Below, piece by piece: positions 26,942 through 38,234 of a DNA stretch of 64,000 nt. How positions within the stretch are numbered: position 1 is the first letter of the stretch; every line of letters begins with the position of its first letter. The DNA is from an uncultured bacterium (GTDB lineage Bacteria; Patescibacteriota; Minisyncoccia; Phycocordibacterales; PALSA-1337). Under the pieces are notes generated by a model. The model saw nothing but the letters and a program-made list of their open reading frames with translations. It ran no database searches and was not told the origin of the DNA. A program made the translations under genes and the position numbers. The stretch is from positions 640,090 through 704,089 of the forward strand of contig OY969557.1 of assembly GCA_963701025.1 (NCBI GenBank), read 5' to 3'.

Positions 26942-27611
26942 TTATTTTAATAGAACATTATGCCTTCCAAGATTGCAATTTCTGTTATTTGGACACTCTT
27001 CGACGATAATTTTCTTGCCTAATCCGTATGCAATCGCAAGAGGACAAGATTGATTTCCCACGAATATATCAGCGGCCTGTATGACTCTGGCAACTTCGAA
27101 AAGGTTTGGTGTCTCATAAAAATCCACTTTCCCAAATTTTTTCTCGAATGCAACATGCTCATCTTTCTGTCCGATTAACACAGCCTGCTCTCGATAATTT
27201 GACCAATTTAACATACCAGGATAACGAACTGATTTATGCAATATGATTCGACTTACGAATTTAGGCTCTATGTTAGAAAGCCAAGGGAGATGAAATATTT
27301 GTGGCCCTAATTTTTGTTCGGTTGCTTGGGCTAATGCGAGAGAAATGTTAATGTTTCTGTAATGTTGCCTCCAATGATCGCCGTCAATACAAGAAATCGA
27401 TGGATCATAAGGCAACACATCTGCGATGTACGGTTGTAATTTCAAGAGTGGAATTATCTTGGCGGCGTGTTCCGCATTAAAACGACATCGCGTATCAGAT
27501 CGTTCTTTATGATAAAAAATCGTTTGCTCGTCGAACGTATCATACCAATATTTGAGGATGGGTAGGGCGTAAATCGTATCACCGAAAGTCCCCGCCGTGA
27601 CTAAAATGTTT
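26942..27611 (-). CDS. glycosyltransferase family 9 (heptosyltransferase)-like protein, no canonical start codon in frame
   Basis: In-frame N-terminus ILVTAGTFGDTIYALPILKYW resembles the GT9 ILVIR.SALGD..L..P motif, but the only ATG (27612-27614) is out of frame by 1 nt. Annotated ORF 26942..27445 starts at a TTG. Confidence 0.4.
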
Positions 27612-27662
27612 CATCGGAACTCTCCTATTGATTAGTGGTAGAATATCTGCAATAATATAGAT

Positions 27663-28151
27663 ATGAAAAAAATAAAATTAACACAGGGTCAATTTGCACT
27701 CGTAGACGATGAAGATTTTGCATATCTTAACCAATGGAAATGGCACGCTATTCTCAAGAAAACTACTGGAAACTATTATGCTTGCAGGTCAGAAAAAGGA
27801 AAGCGTCTATGGATGCATAGAATCATCATAAATCCAAAAAACAATCAAGTTACTGATCATATCAATCATGATGGATGTGACAACAGACGTAATAACTTAC
27901 GACCTTGCTCTCCTGCCGAAAATAGCCGCAATAAGATGCAAGGGAAACGTAAAAATGGTGGTAAATATAAAGGTGTATATAGGCGGACAAAAAACGGCAA
28001 ACCTTTAGCAACTTGGCGAGCACAAATCAGGTATGAAAAAAGATTATATAATCTCGGTAGTTTTAATTCAGATATTGAAGCAGCAATAGCCTATGATATT
28101 GCTTCTCAAGTATTTTTTGGGAAATTTGCAAAACCTAATTTTAATTTATGA
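27663..28151 (+). CDS. HNH homing endonuclease with AP2 DNA-binding domain
   Basis: HNH motif TDHINHDGCDNRRNNLR, then the AP2 domain YKGVYRR..NGKPLATWRAQIRYEKRLYNLGSFNSDIEAAIAYDIASQVFFGKFAKPNF. Confidence 0.85.
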   Translation: MKKIKLTQGQFALVDDEDFAYLNQWKWHAILKKTTGNYYACRSEKGKRLWMHRIIINPKNNQVTDHINHDGCDNRRNNLRPCSPAENSRNKMQGKRKNGGKYKGVYRRTKNGKPLATWRAQIRYEKRLYNLGSFNSDIEAAIAYDIASQVFFGKFAKPNFNL

Positions 28152-28695
28152 GAATTTCTGTTTCAACTTTAACGCTCGACAACTGGCATAAGTTACGGGC
28201 AGTTAATCAAGGAAGATTTTTTGATTATTGCAAAAATTTCAATTATACTTCTTCTTATCATTTTGATAAATGGCCACTAATCTTGCATTAGGGTATTCAA
28301 AAATTGTGTCTTTTCGCAGGCTAATTGACGACCATGACTATATGTTATGGGTGGATGGTGATACAATTTTTGCTCATTTTGTGGCCCTTGAATCTTATAT
28401 TGCAAGAAATGTTGACGCAGACCTATTCGTAGCGAAAGATTTAAACGGGATTAATGCTGGTGTAATGATGTTCAAATGTAGTGAAAAAGTAAATAAATTT
28501 CTTGACGCTATTTGGGAGTATCCTATCGGACATAAGCATATGTGGGCAAAACAAAAGCGATAATGGATTTCACATCGCAAGAAGATTGCCCGCTAAAAGT
28601 CGAGTATCTTACTCAGAAGCAATGGAATCAATATCCAGAACTAGGGGAACCAGATTTTATCTTACATGTTCCAAAATCGTCCGCTAGAAACTAGG
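28149..28695 (+). pseudogene. GT-A fold glycosyltransferase (DxD motif), in three frames
   Basis: Piece 1 MRISVSTLTLDNWHKLRA (28149-28292). Piece 2 ORF 28270..28563 with LWVDGDTIF (DxD) and LFVAKDLNGINAGVMMF. Piece 3 28564-28695 QWNQYPELGEPDFILHVP. Start overlaps the HNH stop. Confidence 0.5.
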
Positions 28696-28711
28696 ATTGA
28701 GCAATTGAAAA

Positions 28712-29683
28712 AATATGTTTAATCCAATCCAGAAGGGTTATTCATATACCAATCGACCGTATCTTCAAGTCCTTTTTCCCAAGTAAAACGATACGTGAAT
28801 CCCATTCCTAAAAGTTTATCGGGAGAAATTGCATACCTCTTATCGTGGCCGGACGAGATGAATGGGCATCGACCAGTTTGTATTTCAAATCCTTTCCCAT
28901 AACTTCGGCAATCTTTAACGCAACTGAAAGATTATCGATTTCTTTATAGCCAGCGATATTTAATCTATCCCCATTGTTGAGATGATTTAAGGCAAAATGG
29001 GTCGCTCGACAGACATCGTTCGCATGAATCCAGTATCGACTACCGGCCTTCTTACAGGTAGAATCAGCATGGATTGTAACTTCTTCTTCATTTAATATCT
29101 TTTTTATTACCAAAGGGATAAACTTATTTGATTTTTGTTCCGGCCCATAAACATTCATACTGAATGTTGAAATAGTTGGAAGCCTATAGGTAATCCAATA
29201 TGCGTGTGCAAATTCTGCTGCCCCTGATTTACCCGCCGCGTATGGATTAGAAGGTTTAAAACAATCCCATTCATCAAATATCTCATCTCCTGGGGCGGGA
29301 CCAAAACATTCATCGGTGCTAAAATTCAGAAATTTAATCAAACCTTCTTGCTTATTCGCCCAATCAAGAAGATGTACTGTTCCTAGAACATTATCGTAAA
29401 CCATTTCAACGGGGTGGTGAATAGAATAATCCACATCACTACACGCCGCTAGGTGTGCCACATAATCAACCTGTCCAATTTTTTTAGAAATTGCCTCGTG
29501 AATCGGGGAACGTAGATCGTGGTGAACCATCTTAACCCGTTTATTATGTGGTAGTTTTTCAAGATCACCCACCGTAGAACAACGCACAAGAGCCACAATC
29601 TCATAATCTGTATTATTAAAAAAATAGTTTACAAGGTGACTACCAATAAACCCTGCGGAACCTGAAATAAGAATTCTTGTCAT
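28712..29683 (-). CDS. dTDP-glucose 4,6-dehydratase-like NAD-dependent epimerase/dehydratase (RmlB-like), frameshift near 3' end
   Basis: Rossmann GSAGFIGSHL, catalytic YAAGKSGAAEF (YxxxK). The conserved C-terminus SGHDKRYAISPDKLLGMGFTYRFTWEKGLEDTVDWYMNN is readable only after a -1 shift within about 30 nt of the ORF end. ORF track 28808..29683. Confidence 0.75.
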
Positions 29684-29779
29684 ATTCTAATGGAGAATAT
29701 CCAATAAAAAACCCTCTCAAATCCAACAAGGAAATGAGAGGGTAAATGGGTGCATTGGTGTGCAGGCCAACGCTATCTA

Positions 29780-30100
29780 TTAGAGTGTGACATAGGGTAA
29801 TTCGTACAAATGAGTGTGCAAATATCTTCCTGGAGATTCTGCGTGAATGAAATCTTCATAGGCATGGAGGCTAGTATCCTCGTACATAATTGTTGATCCG
29901 CTCAGGAATTTTACCACAATTCCTTTTGATCCATTGTTATAGGCGTAACCTACCGATTCTATCCATGACGATGAAACCCCTGTTAAATCGTATAACATCG
30001 TGAAGCCCCCATCTGCGGACCCCCGATCGTGAGAAGATTTTCTCTCCACTCCCTCAAATAACTCTTTGTACCAGTCTGGTTCAGATTCGTCAAACGCCAT
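29780..30100 (-). CDS. KTSC domain-containing protein
   Basis: SSWIESVGYAYNNGSKGIVVKFLSGSTIMYEDTSLHAYEDFIHAESPGRYLHTHL matches the KTSC domain (S..I.SVGYD.....L.V.F.SG..Y.Y..VP...Y..F..A.S.G.YFN..I). Confidence 0.7.
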   Translation of the reverse strand: MAFDESEPDWYKELFEGVERKSSHDRGSADGGFTMLYDLTGVSSSWIESVGYAYNNGSKGIVVKFLSGSTIMYEDTSLHAYEDFIHAESPGRYLHTHLYELPYVTL

Positions 30101-30629
30101 AACTTATGTATAGCATTTAGACCCACGCTGTTCAAGCGGATTACTCAACTTTAGATAATCTCAAAATCGCCCAAACAATAAAAGTACATACCACCAAAAC
30201 TCCTAATGTAACATTTAATTGGCTTTGATGTATGAATTCGATTTGAGAGTTGTTTGACAACCATCCACCATCTCGGGCAATTTCCCCTTTAGTTTGTTGT
30301 GCAAAGAATGTATACATGCCGTAAAATTGTAAAGCAATAATCGGCAACCAATCAATTTTGTAAAATTTCATCGCTGATTTCTCCTAGTTTGGAAAGGCAG
30401 AATTAGTAAAACTAATATCCAGAGAAATAATCCGACCGCGAACTCCAAATACTTCATAAATCCTTTTTATTTTGGCAATATATCAGAACTAACAATGCAA
30501 TTATTATGATTAGAAGTAGGTGCATGGATCATCCTGTAATTTTGAAAGATATATTCCCTATCGCATCGACTACAAACAAATTTGGCGACACAATTAATGG
30601 CATCGTACATGGTCGTCATCAATCGATGA

Positions 30630-30866
30630 TTATACGCTGGACAATTTTTTGGTAGGAAACTTTGATTTAAAGCCATCATATTCACATATCTTGTATCGTA
30701 AGAGGTAACGGACATATTCACTCAGACTATCATATCCTTGAGATTTCGCAATCTTTTTAAGTCGTTCAATTTCGGCTTTCTCCATCCAAGTTACCAGCCC
30801 TCTTGTTGATTCTTTATGCATGTATTTCCTTTCTTTTTTCGACAAATTGTATGATGCAACCACCAT
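30630..30866 (-). CDS. possible ribbon-helix-helix (CopG/Arc-like) small protein
   Basis: EIERLKKIAKSQGYDSLSEYVRYLL resembles the RHH pattern. Overlaps a neighbouring small ORF, so uncertain. Confidence 0.3.
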   Translation of the reverse strand: MVVASYNLSKKERKYMHKESTRGLVTWMEKAEIERLKKIAKSQGYDSLSEYVRYLLRYKICEYDGFKSKFPTKKLSSV

Positions 30867-31040
30867 CGATTCTTGTAAATTTTATTAGCATATCTCGACG
30901 ATAGGCTGCTGTTCTGCGTTGCCCTAAATTGGGAGGTGCTGGATTTATAGTCAATTCCTTTGAGCAGTTTCCAACAGCTTCCATTGGCCCAATCATTCCA
31001 AGGATATTTTTTGGTAGATCGAACTTCAAAATCCACCTGC

Positions 31041-31826
31041 TTAATTATTTCCGCCATTTTCTTCTCCGCTCATTATTTGTTTGATTTCTTGTAATTGCTT
31101 ACGAAGATTTTTCTTGCCTCTTACTTTATGGGCTGCCCGAAGTTTATCTCTCAGATAACACCCGCAAGATTTAGTTTCACCACACACTAGTCTCGCTCCT
31201 TCCACAACTTTTACTGTCCCACAGTCGCATAGACATTTCCAGAATGTCGTGTTATGCTTATTTTTATGGGAGAAATCTATTACAACATATCGATTATATC
31301 TTTGCCCAATCTCTATCCTCGGGTTTAAGCAACCGCAAGATTTTTGCCCATTCGTAAGATGCGATCCTCTCACCGTTTTATAGCTCCCACAATCGCATAA
31401 GCACAGCCAAAAACAATTGCTCCTATTATCTTTATGGGAGAAACTTATTACAACCAGCATCTCGAATCTTTGCCCAACCAAATCAGATCGACGAATAGAA
31501 TGCTTTCTATTTAATTTTTTACATTCTTTACTCCCACAGGTTTTGGTGTAACTTCTTTTTGATTTCGGGTGTAGAGCATTTTGAAGTGCCTCAGTTCTGA
31601 CCTCCACAAGTTTTCCGCAATCACAAAGACACCAATGCCAAGATTTTTTCTTGCCGCGATGATCTATCATAATAAATCGCCCAAGAATTTCCAACGCCCC
31701 AATCTTCTGGCCTGTTAAGTATACACTCATGCCACCTTCTTCAGCACTCAAATCGGGATTTTCTATTTTAGATTTGATATTTTTTGTGATTTCCCCAAAC
31801 AACTCATCGATCAGTTCGGTGTTCAT
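31041..31826 (-). CDS. phage-associated protein with three tandem zinc-ribbon modules (W.C.CDCG...V.....L..G...SCGC)
   Basis: Three repeats: WHWCLCDCGKLVEV, FWLCLCDCGSYKTV, FWKCLCDCGTVKVV, each followed by SCGC/KSCGC. Same module as in 50298..50789. Confidence 0.55.
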   Translation of the reverse strand: MNTELIDELFGEITKNIKSKIENPDLSAEEGGMSVYLTGQKIGALEILGRFIMIDHRGKKKSWHWCLCDCGKLVEVRTEALQNALHPKSKRSYTKTCGSKECKKLNRKHSIRRSDLVGQRFEMLVVISFSHKDNRSNCFWLCLCDCGSYKTVRGSHLTNGQKSCGCLNPRIEIGQRYNRYVVIDFSHKNKHNTTFWKCLCDCGTVKVVEGARLVCGETKSCGCYLRDKLRAAHKVRGKKNLRKQLQEIKQIMSGEENGGNN

Positions 31827-32125
31827 TCTTCTAATTCCTTTAGTTGTTTCTTTAACATCTTTTTCTTGAACAAGTTGTAAGTTTTACTTTTTTCTACATC
31901 TTCTTTTACGAGTTTGAGCCACTCTTCCCTATTCCGTACTTCACAAACATTCCTAATCGCCCGTTCAATTTGTCCTTTTGTCGCTGGCCCGAAAATCTGC
32001 GTTAATTGTTGGACGCTCCTACCAGCCAAAAATTGAGCAGCAATTACGCTGTCTTGTGACCAAACTTGTTCAGCGGTCATTATGCCTCTCCTTCGCATTG
32101 ACGTTCTAGGAACCGATGTCGCCAT
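31823..32125 (-). CDS. hypothetical protein (phage early region)
   Basis: 100 aa ORF overlapping the next gene by 4 nt, so coupled. Confidence 0.4.
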   Translation of the reverse strand: MATSVPRTSMRRRGIMTAEQVWSQDSVIAAQFLAGRSVQQLTQIFGPATKGQIERAIRNVCEVRNREEWLKLVKEDVEKSKTYNLFKKKMLKKQLKELEE

Positions 32126-32410
32126 CTCTACTTGCCAATTTCATTTGGCTCCTCTTTCACATAATTCAACATTATAACCTTCCACTTGAATTGCCTTAAT
32201 TCCCATCGGGCTTAATCTTTGAGAAATTTCACCATCTATCCACTCGCAAGTCGATATAAAAAGATCGCACTCTTTTTTACTTTTAAACATCACGACCTTG
32301 CTTTCTTCAAAGATTACTAATCCTCTGGTCGGATGAAAAACAACCCACGGGTGGTGGAGCATTTGACAATAATCATCCCAGTCTGCGTCATTCATTTTAC
32401 TTAACATAAC

Positions 32411-32786
32411 TCACTCTCCAATAAAATCAAGATAAAATCGGCCATTATTTGGATTAAAACTGATTCGCACCATCCTACCCTCAACTTCAACGTCAGCCCA
32501 CACACTGCCGAAGCCACCGATCAGAAATGTTGGCACCTCTAACGCTATTGGTATCGAGGCTGTCCCTGCTCCACGCACTTCACGCTTCGGCGATGCCACG
32601 CGAGCGGCCCGAAAAATCTTGATCGTTTCGTCCTTATGATCGCCCCAAAAATCCAAATCGTTTTCATGAATATTGACTAATGGCGGATCATTTTCATCTA
32701 CTCCCGCTTCAATGCAAGCCCTTACGGCCCGTAATGCGGCTTTAACTTGCTTTTCCAACTTAAACGCGATTTCTGAGGTAATGAAC
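32411..32786 (-). CDS. hypothetical protein; start moved to Met after promoter/leader
   Basis: The conserved leader GAAACG x4 ...CUCAAACCGGAGAAGCC precedes ATG (cat at 32784-32786). The N-terminal 37 aa of ORF 32411..32899 cover promoter and leader sequence, so they are discounted. Confidence 0.45.
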
Positions 32787-32835
32787 ATGGCTTCTCCGGT
32801 TTGAGTTTCGTTTCCGTTTCCGTTTCCGTTTCTAC

Positions 32836-32864
32836 ATTGTAGCATAGGGGAATACCCTTGTCTA
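32836..32864 (-). promoter_or_regulatory. minus-strand sigma70-like promoter with extended -10 (TGCTACAAT) and upstream CCACCCGAAATGGG element
   Basis: Reverse complement reads TAGACA, 17 nt spacer, TGCTACAAT. Upstream is ACCACCCGAAATGGGGATAG. Closely similar units occur at 33353-33400, 44409-44438 and 44897-44925. Confidence 0.5.
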
Positions 32865-34758
32865 TCCCCATTTCGGGTGGTTTCCAAAGATTTTTCCAAA
32901 TGGCCCTTCCGTGGGCCATGATTCGATCCGTCGCATTCCTCTACTTCTTTAGGCCAAGTTCATACTTCCCAACGACCGCAGGCAACTCATCCCAGCGATC
33001 CCAAGCGTCGGCTACTAGGTCTAGCAACTCATGGATTTTTCGTTTGCCATTTTCGGTCGTATCTCCATAAGTTGCGATCATCTTCGCCAATTCTAAAACA
33101 TGGCGACGATAATAAGTAGCCACACAATCCGTCATGTTCTTCAAGCCACGCGGACAACGCCGGATCACTCTGCAACGTCCTAGAAAATTTCTCGTCGTAC
33201 ATACCACATCTCCAAATTGTGAAAGAACTGAACGAACGGAAATGGGTGATCCCCAAATCCTCTATTACATAGTACGCAGGAATTTCCGTTTGTATAGGCG
33301 AAATCTCGAAAGATTTCGGAAATTTCTTTCCCGGTATTCCCCACGACTTCTTATATCATAGCATAAGGTGATCACCATGTATATACCCATTTCGGGTGGT
33401 GCGTAAAGATTTTTTAGAAAGGGTGATCCCTGATATTGAGACTCAGTATCAATAAGAAATAATGTTGACTAAGTTGATAATCTTACTAATGATTAAAGAA
33501 AATTTTCAGGGCCACCTGAAAGATGGATAGACATAGGTGTTCCCTTGTGTTAAAATAAAAGAAGAAAATTTATGGCCCTATATTTTTTATTTTTAAGGAT
33601 TTTGAAATGGCCAAGTCTAAAATTTGTTGCTGGTGTAAAAAGCCTATTATTGATGATAATTTTATTAAAGCGACTCACAATTACCATCTAAAATGCCGAG
33701 AAACTCAACAACGCAGAGCGGCAATGGGCCATAAAAAATGCCCAACAATAAATCGATCGATTCCAGGCGGGGAAGGTAGGAGAGTGCTTCATTCAAATAA
33801 ATCTATTCAATGATCAAGGTAATGGTTGATCGTGAGGCCATTCTTCTGTACATAACGCCGCGATCTTCGACCTGAGTTTTTCGACCATCATTATACGCCC
33901 AGCTTCAGTCAAATTTTTGTACGACGGATCAATTTGCTCGGAGAGTATCACAATTGATGTGGCTAATAGGGTGCCAAGCACATCGCAGATAAATAGTGGC
34001 CCTGTTTTCTTGTCCCCCAAATCGTGCTCTATGAGTGGGAAAATCGCATCGGATAAAGCGATCCTTCTTTTCTCCCAATTCTCTGGGGATATGCTCATTC
34101 CGATTGAATCTCTATTTCGAGCGTGAGTTCATCGAGGAGCAGACCTAATTCCTTCGCAGAAATATCGAGTTCCCGACAAATCGCGGATTTCTTTATCCTT
34201 CCTTTCGCGGTACAAGCGACTCCTGGCTCCATATAGATAAAATCTAGGAGCCGAGAATATTTACCATCGTGGAGCAAATGTAAATACTTAATTAAATCAT
34301 TGTTTATTGTTTGCGAGAGAAAATTAGTGGCCATAACTTAATTTAGTTATAACGACATTTATTTCTTCAATCCCAGAAATCCTTTTTCAATTCCATTACT
34401 TGGGGTTTATCATCGGTAAAATAATCAGGAAGACTAATGTCATAAAACACATCGTCCAATTGACAAAACCAACAAATCTCTCCATCCGTTTGATGTCCGA
34501 TTTCGTCGGTACATCGTTCACAAAATCTAATATTCATTCGTCACCTCATCCATATAATTTAATCTGAATTCCAAAACTTTAATATAAGACAAAACGGAAG
34601 AACACAATTCCATCCATTCATCGTCATCTCGATTACAAGAAATTTTCTTAAAAGCGTCCTCGGATCGCAATCTAAAATCCTCGTTCGCCGCGTCCAACAA
34701 ATCTTTAACCGGAATCAATTCCAATAACTCGTCTACGTGTTTAATTATCTCACTCATT

Positions 34759-36042
34759 TTATTCTCCTAAAAATTGTTTGTAATCTTCGTACCCGTCTTC
34801 TTTCCATATATCTTTGGAGGTATGTACCTCCATTGAAATTCTCATCCCCTCTCTGCCTAATATTTCTCGACTCGCAACCAGCATCTTCTCTTTGATCATT
34901 TCCTTTATTTTATCGATATTCGTTTCGTCACACAAGACATAGATTGCATCATGCAAAGGAAATATTATCTCTATTTTTTCCTTATGGATTAAATTTACCG
35001 CCTTCCGTAACATATCTTGAGCGGTTCCCTGAATTGGAAAATTTTGATAAGTATTAAGTTTTTTATCAGGCCAAAAAGCCCAACCCGATTTCAATAAAAT
35101 ACAATCGCCATTTTCATATTTTTCTTTGAGACGATTCCTGAAATCCCAATAATTAGTATAAAGTTCATGATGACAATTTCTCAATTCCGTAACTTGTTCT
35201 GAATCAATTCCAAGATTAATCGCCGCTTTTTCTACACCCATACCATAACCAACTCCAAGTATAAATGCCTTACTTATTTTTCTTGGAATTTTTAACCCTG
35301 TCTGTTTTGTAAAAGCCTCATACACATCTCCCGTTAAATATGCCTCGATCATATTATCATCTTTTGACATACAAGCAGCAACAAAAAATTCTTGCGTAGA
35401 ATAATCTGCTGAAATAATAGCCTTCCCTGGTTCAGCCCTAATTAACGCTCTTAACCATTTACTTTGGGCTGGAATGAAAGTTTTTGTTGGTGGAGCATTT
35501 CTGGATGTGAGTGTCCCAAATGCATTAAAATAACAACGAATTCTATCGTCTTTCCCTACTGCTTTATCGAATTCTTTTTTAGACGCCGGGCTATAGGCGG
35601 CCATTTCTCTTTTTAGTTTCTTTGTTGTTCTAAAAAGCTCAATTTCCCGTAGATTTTCATAATCTTTTAATACTTTATCTTCTGTTGAATATTTTCCTCC
35701 TTTTGTAAGTGGCCAAGTATCTTGTAAATTCTTACTACAAACAAATTGATTAAATAAGTAATCCTTTTTCTGATACTCTGGTTGGATTCCTAATTCTTTT
35801 TCTACTTTTGTTTGTTTTTTCAATTCATAAAATTTATAAACTTTGTTGCATTCTTCTATTGAATGTCTTGTCACTCTCTCAAAATTATTTGATAGATTCT
35901 GGATTGCTTTTCGATCAATCGGAATTCCTACCGACTCAATCTTCGCTAAATCTACACACCATTGTCCACGATTATGCTGAAATTGTTTTATGTTGCGAGG
36001 ATTTTCTGGACGATATAGGAGTTCTTCGAGAGCATTTGTCAT
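34759..36042 (-). CDS. family A DNA polymerase, polymerase (palm/fingers) domain
   Basis: Motif A ISADYSTQEF (DYSQIELR-like), motif B RKISKAFILGVGYGMG (R...K...F...YG), motif C PLHDAIYV (HDE-like). Confidence 0.8.
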   Translation of the reverse strand: MTNALEELLYRPENPRNIKQFQHNRGQWCVDLAKIESVGIPIDRKAIQNLSNNFERVTRHSIEECNKVYKFYELKKQTKVEKELGIQPEYQKKDYLFNQFVCSKNLQDTWPLTKGGKYSTEDKVLKDYENLREIELFRTTKKLKREMAAYSPASKKEFDKAVGKDDRIRCYFNAFGTLTSRNAPPTKTFIPAQSKWLRALIRAEPGKAIISADYSTQEFFVAACMSKDDNMIEAYLTGDVYEAFTKQTGLKIPRKISKAFILGVGYGMGVEKAAINLGIDSEQVTELRNCHHELYTNYWDFRNRLKEKYENGDCILLKSGWAFWPDKKLNTYQNFPIQGTAQDMLRKAVNLIHKEKIEIIFPLHDAIYVLCDETNIDKIKEMIKEKMLVASREILGREGMRISMEVHTSKDIWKEDGYEDYKQFLGE

Positions 36043-36108
36043 TTCTGATACAAAGCGGGAAGGTAATGAATATCAGACATACAATATTTTATAATGTCTA
36101 CTTGCTCT

Positions 36109-36537
36109 TTATCTGTATATTCTTTTTTTGTCCTGTAATATCAAAGCACGCATCTCGTCTTTTAGGTGGGGATCAGAGTCAACGCCAAGGAACTTCAATT
36201 TTGCATTGATGAGCTTGCATTGCGTTCTACCATAATCTACTTTTATTAATGTATCATCCTCTAATGAAACATATTCAGGTTCATCATATTTGGAATAATA
36301 TTTTTTCTTCCATTTTTCTGTTTTTTTATCTTGATGCCATTGCCAGCCATATTTCCAATCAGTTTCATTCACCAATTGTCTGAATTCAGCGTGAAGGTCA
36401 ATCCATTCATATTTATCTGGGTCAATTCCTAACGAAAGAAAGCATCTGATTTCCGCAATTACTGCATAGCCTACACAGGTTTCTCCCTCTAATGCTTGCA
36501 TTCGTTTTTTGAATGCATCTAGGGATTGATCTAACAA
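36109..36537 (-). CDS. putative N-terminal segment of the family A DNA polymerase (same frame, separated by two stops)
   Basis: 142 aa ORF in the same reading frame as 34759..36042. Separated from it by TAA at 36109-36111 and TGA at 36073-36075, which are 12 codons apart. Confidence 0.35.
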   Translation of the reverse strand: MLDQSLDAFKKRMQALEGETCVGYAVIAEIRCFLSLGIDPDKYEWIDLHAEFRQLVNETDWKYGWQWHQDKKTEKWKKKYYSKYDEPEYVSLEDDTLIKVDYGRTQCKLINAKLKFLGVDSDPHLKDEMRALILQDKKRIYR

Positions 36538-37236
36538 CCAATAATTTTCTATTGGTTGATCTTCAACCTAAGGGAGCAACAAAATACCCTTTGTTGCCGT
36601 TCATTGCTTTGGGTAAATTCAAAGTCGAGGTAAATCATATTGTGAAATTATTATCCTTAATGTTGAGGTTGGATAGTGCCATGATTCGTGAGTAACTTTC
36701 CACTTCCATTTAAATTCTTCACATAATGTTTCAATCTCTATTAAATTCTTCTTCTGTAATATGATAAGGTTCAGTAACAAAATGTTGAACTCCATCTTGG
36801 GTAATGTGACCACAATGATCCATCCATTGACGATTACCACCCCTAAAAAGTTTTTTATATTTACTCTCAAACCATTTAGGAGTTTTATATTTGGTTTGTA
36901 GTTTCTTTTTTCTTTAACGGTTATCGGGCTTTATTGACTTCCTGATTCTCGTATCTTACAAGAAATTTATCCCCCGGTTTCCCACATACTGGTTCCCATT
37001 TACCACCAATATCTTTTTGCTTACCTTCTAAAATTTCTCTAACTTCTTTTGATAATGATTCTATCATTTAATTCTCCAGTGTTTCAAAATTACTTTTTTG
37101 GATTGCTTTTTTACAAATCAAATAAACTCCACCATCACTGTCACATAATTTTTTCTCCTTTAATTTGTCATGGAAATTAGAAATATTTAAGTAGATATTT
37201 TTCATACCCATTGTTCACACACCATTTCATATTTTT

Positions 37237-38110
37237 TTAGATTTTATTAACATCACTGGCTGCTTGCTGCCTGCCATAATTTTCATAACCAATCCATAAT
37301 TCAAAAGTCCCTTTGGCTCTATACCCTTCTTGAATTTCCTCTTTTGTTTCCCATAAAGGATGATCTACCGTCATTGGCACATTATCCTCTTGATTGATAG
37401 ATTGCCATAAATCAAGAAAAGGGAAATCATAAATTTCACGAGTTAAATACTTTGTACTTACCGCCCCAATCATCTCATATTCCCACATTCTGCGTTGCCC
37501 TGTTTGATCTGGGGCAATAACATAAATGTGTTGGTTGCTAGTGAAGAGCAAAAGAGAAAATTTTAGGAATCCTTTGGTATTGTTGCGTGAAAAATACACG
37601 ATTTGCAAATTCTCTACATTGCGTAATATTTTTGAATTGGTTCATTTGGGCACCATTCAAACTTGCTTGCTCTTTGCCACCCGGTTCGCTGATAATCAAA
37701 ACATAATTGGTAGAACCAAAAACAAAAAATTGATCTTTGAACATATCTTCAAAATTCATTTCAGCCGTATAGCCATAGAGTGGCCCTTCTATCTCACATT
37801 TATCGTAATAGTGAGGGCCGCCGCGTGTCAGTAAAGAGGCAATTGTATCTTTGCCAGTTCCTTGCGATCCTTTGAAATTGATAAACATATCATAAAAAGT
37901 TGGCAATTGATAAACAGATTTTTTTGTATTCGTCATCCAATGTTGCAAAATGATTTTATTAATCTCGCTTGGTTCAATGTGAGCCAACTCAAAAAAATTA
38001 TGAGATAAATCATCAAACTTATACTTTTTATTATACTGTAATTTTTCCTGCAATTCGTTGAGTTTTTCAAATTTGTTATCCAAACATACAGCCTCAAACA
38101 TATCCACCAA
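37237..38110 (-). pseudogene. P-loop NTPase, D5/SF3-helicase-like (putative primase-helicase), split between two frames
   Basis: ORF 37538..38110 has Walker A FKGSQGTGKDT and a Walker-B-like YVLIISEPGG. ORF 37237..37608 continues in another frame, overlapping 37538-37608. Confidence 0.45.
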
Positions 38111-38234
38111 ATATCTTCTTTCTTTTGCAAGGGGTAAGCCCGTTGTCCATCAATGATAGGAATGTTGTTATTGTATTCCATAACCCCCTCTTTAAGACGG
38201 ATTATTGCATCTGCCCGATTACAAGGAATATTCC

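Noticed and set aside
32790-32832. GGAAAC(G) x4 tandem repeat, and similar short reiterations, as a possible CRISPR or microsatellite
   Set aside because: Six-nucleotide units with no spacers. It is part of a transcript leader shared by several genes, not a CRISPR array. No repeat-spacer architecture exists anywhere in the window.
32722-32919. 65-aa ORF 32722..32919 (-) and the N-terminal extensions of 32411..32899 and 44131..44544
   Set aside because: These stretches are the promoter (-35, extended -10), GAAACG-repeat leader and RBS of the downstream gene. The peptides PLCYNVETETETETKLKPE and PLWYNDETETKLKPKGE are translations of the repeated leader. Starts were moved to the Met following the RBS.
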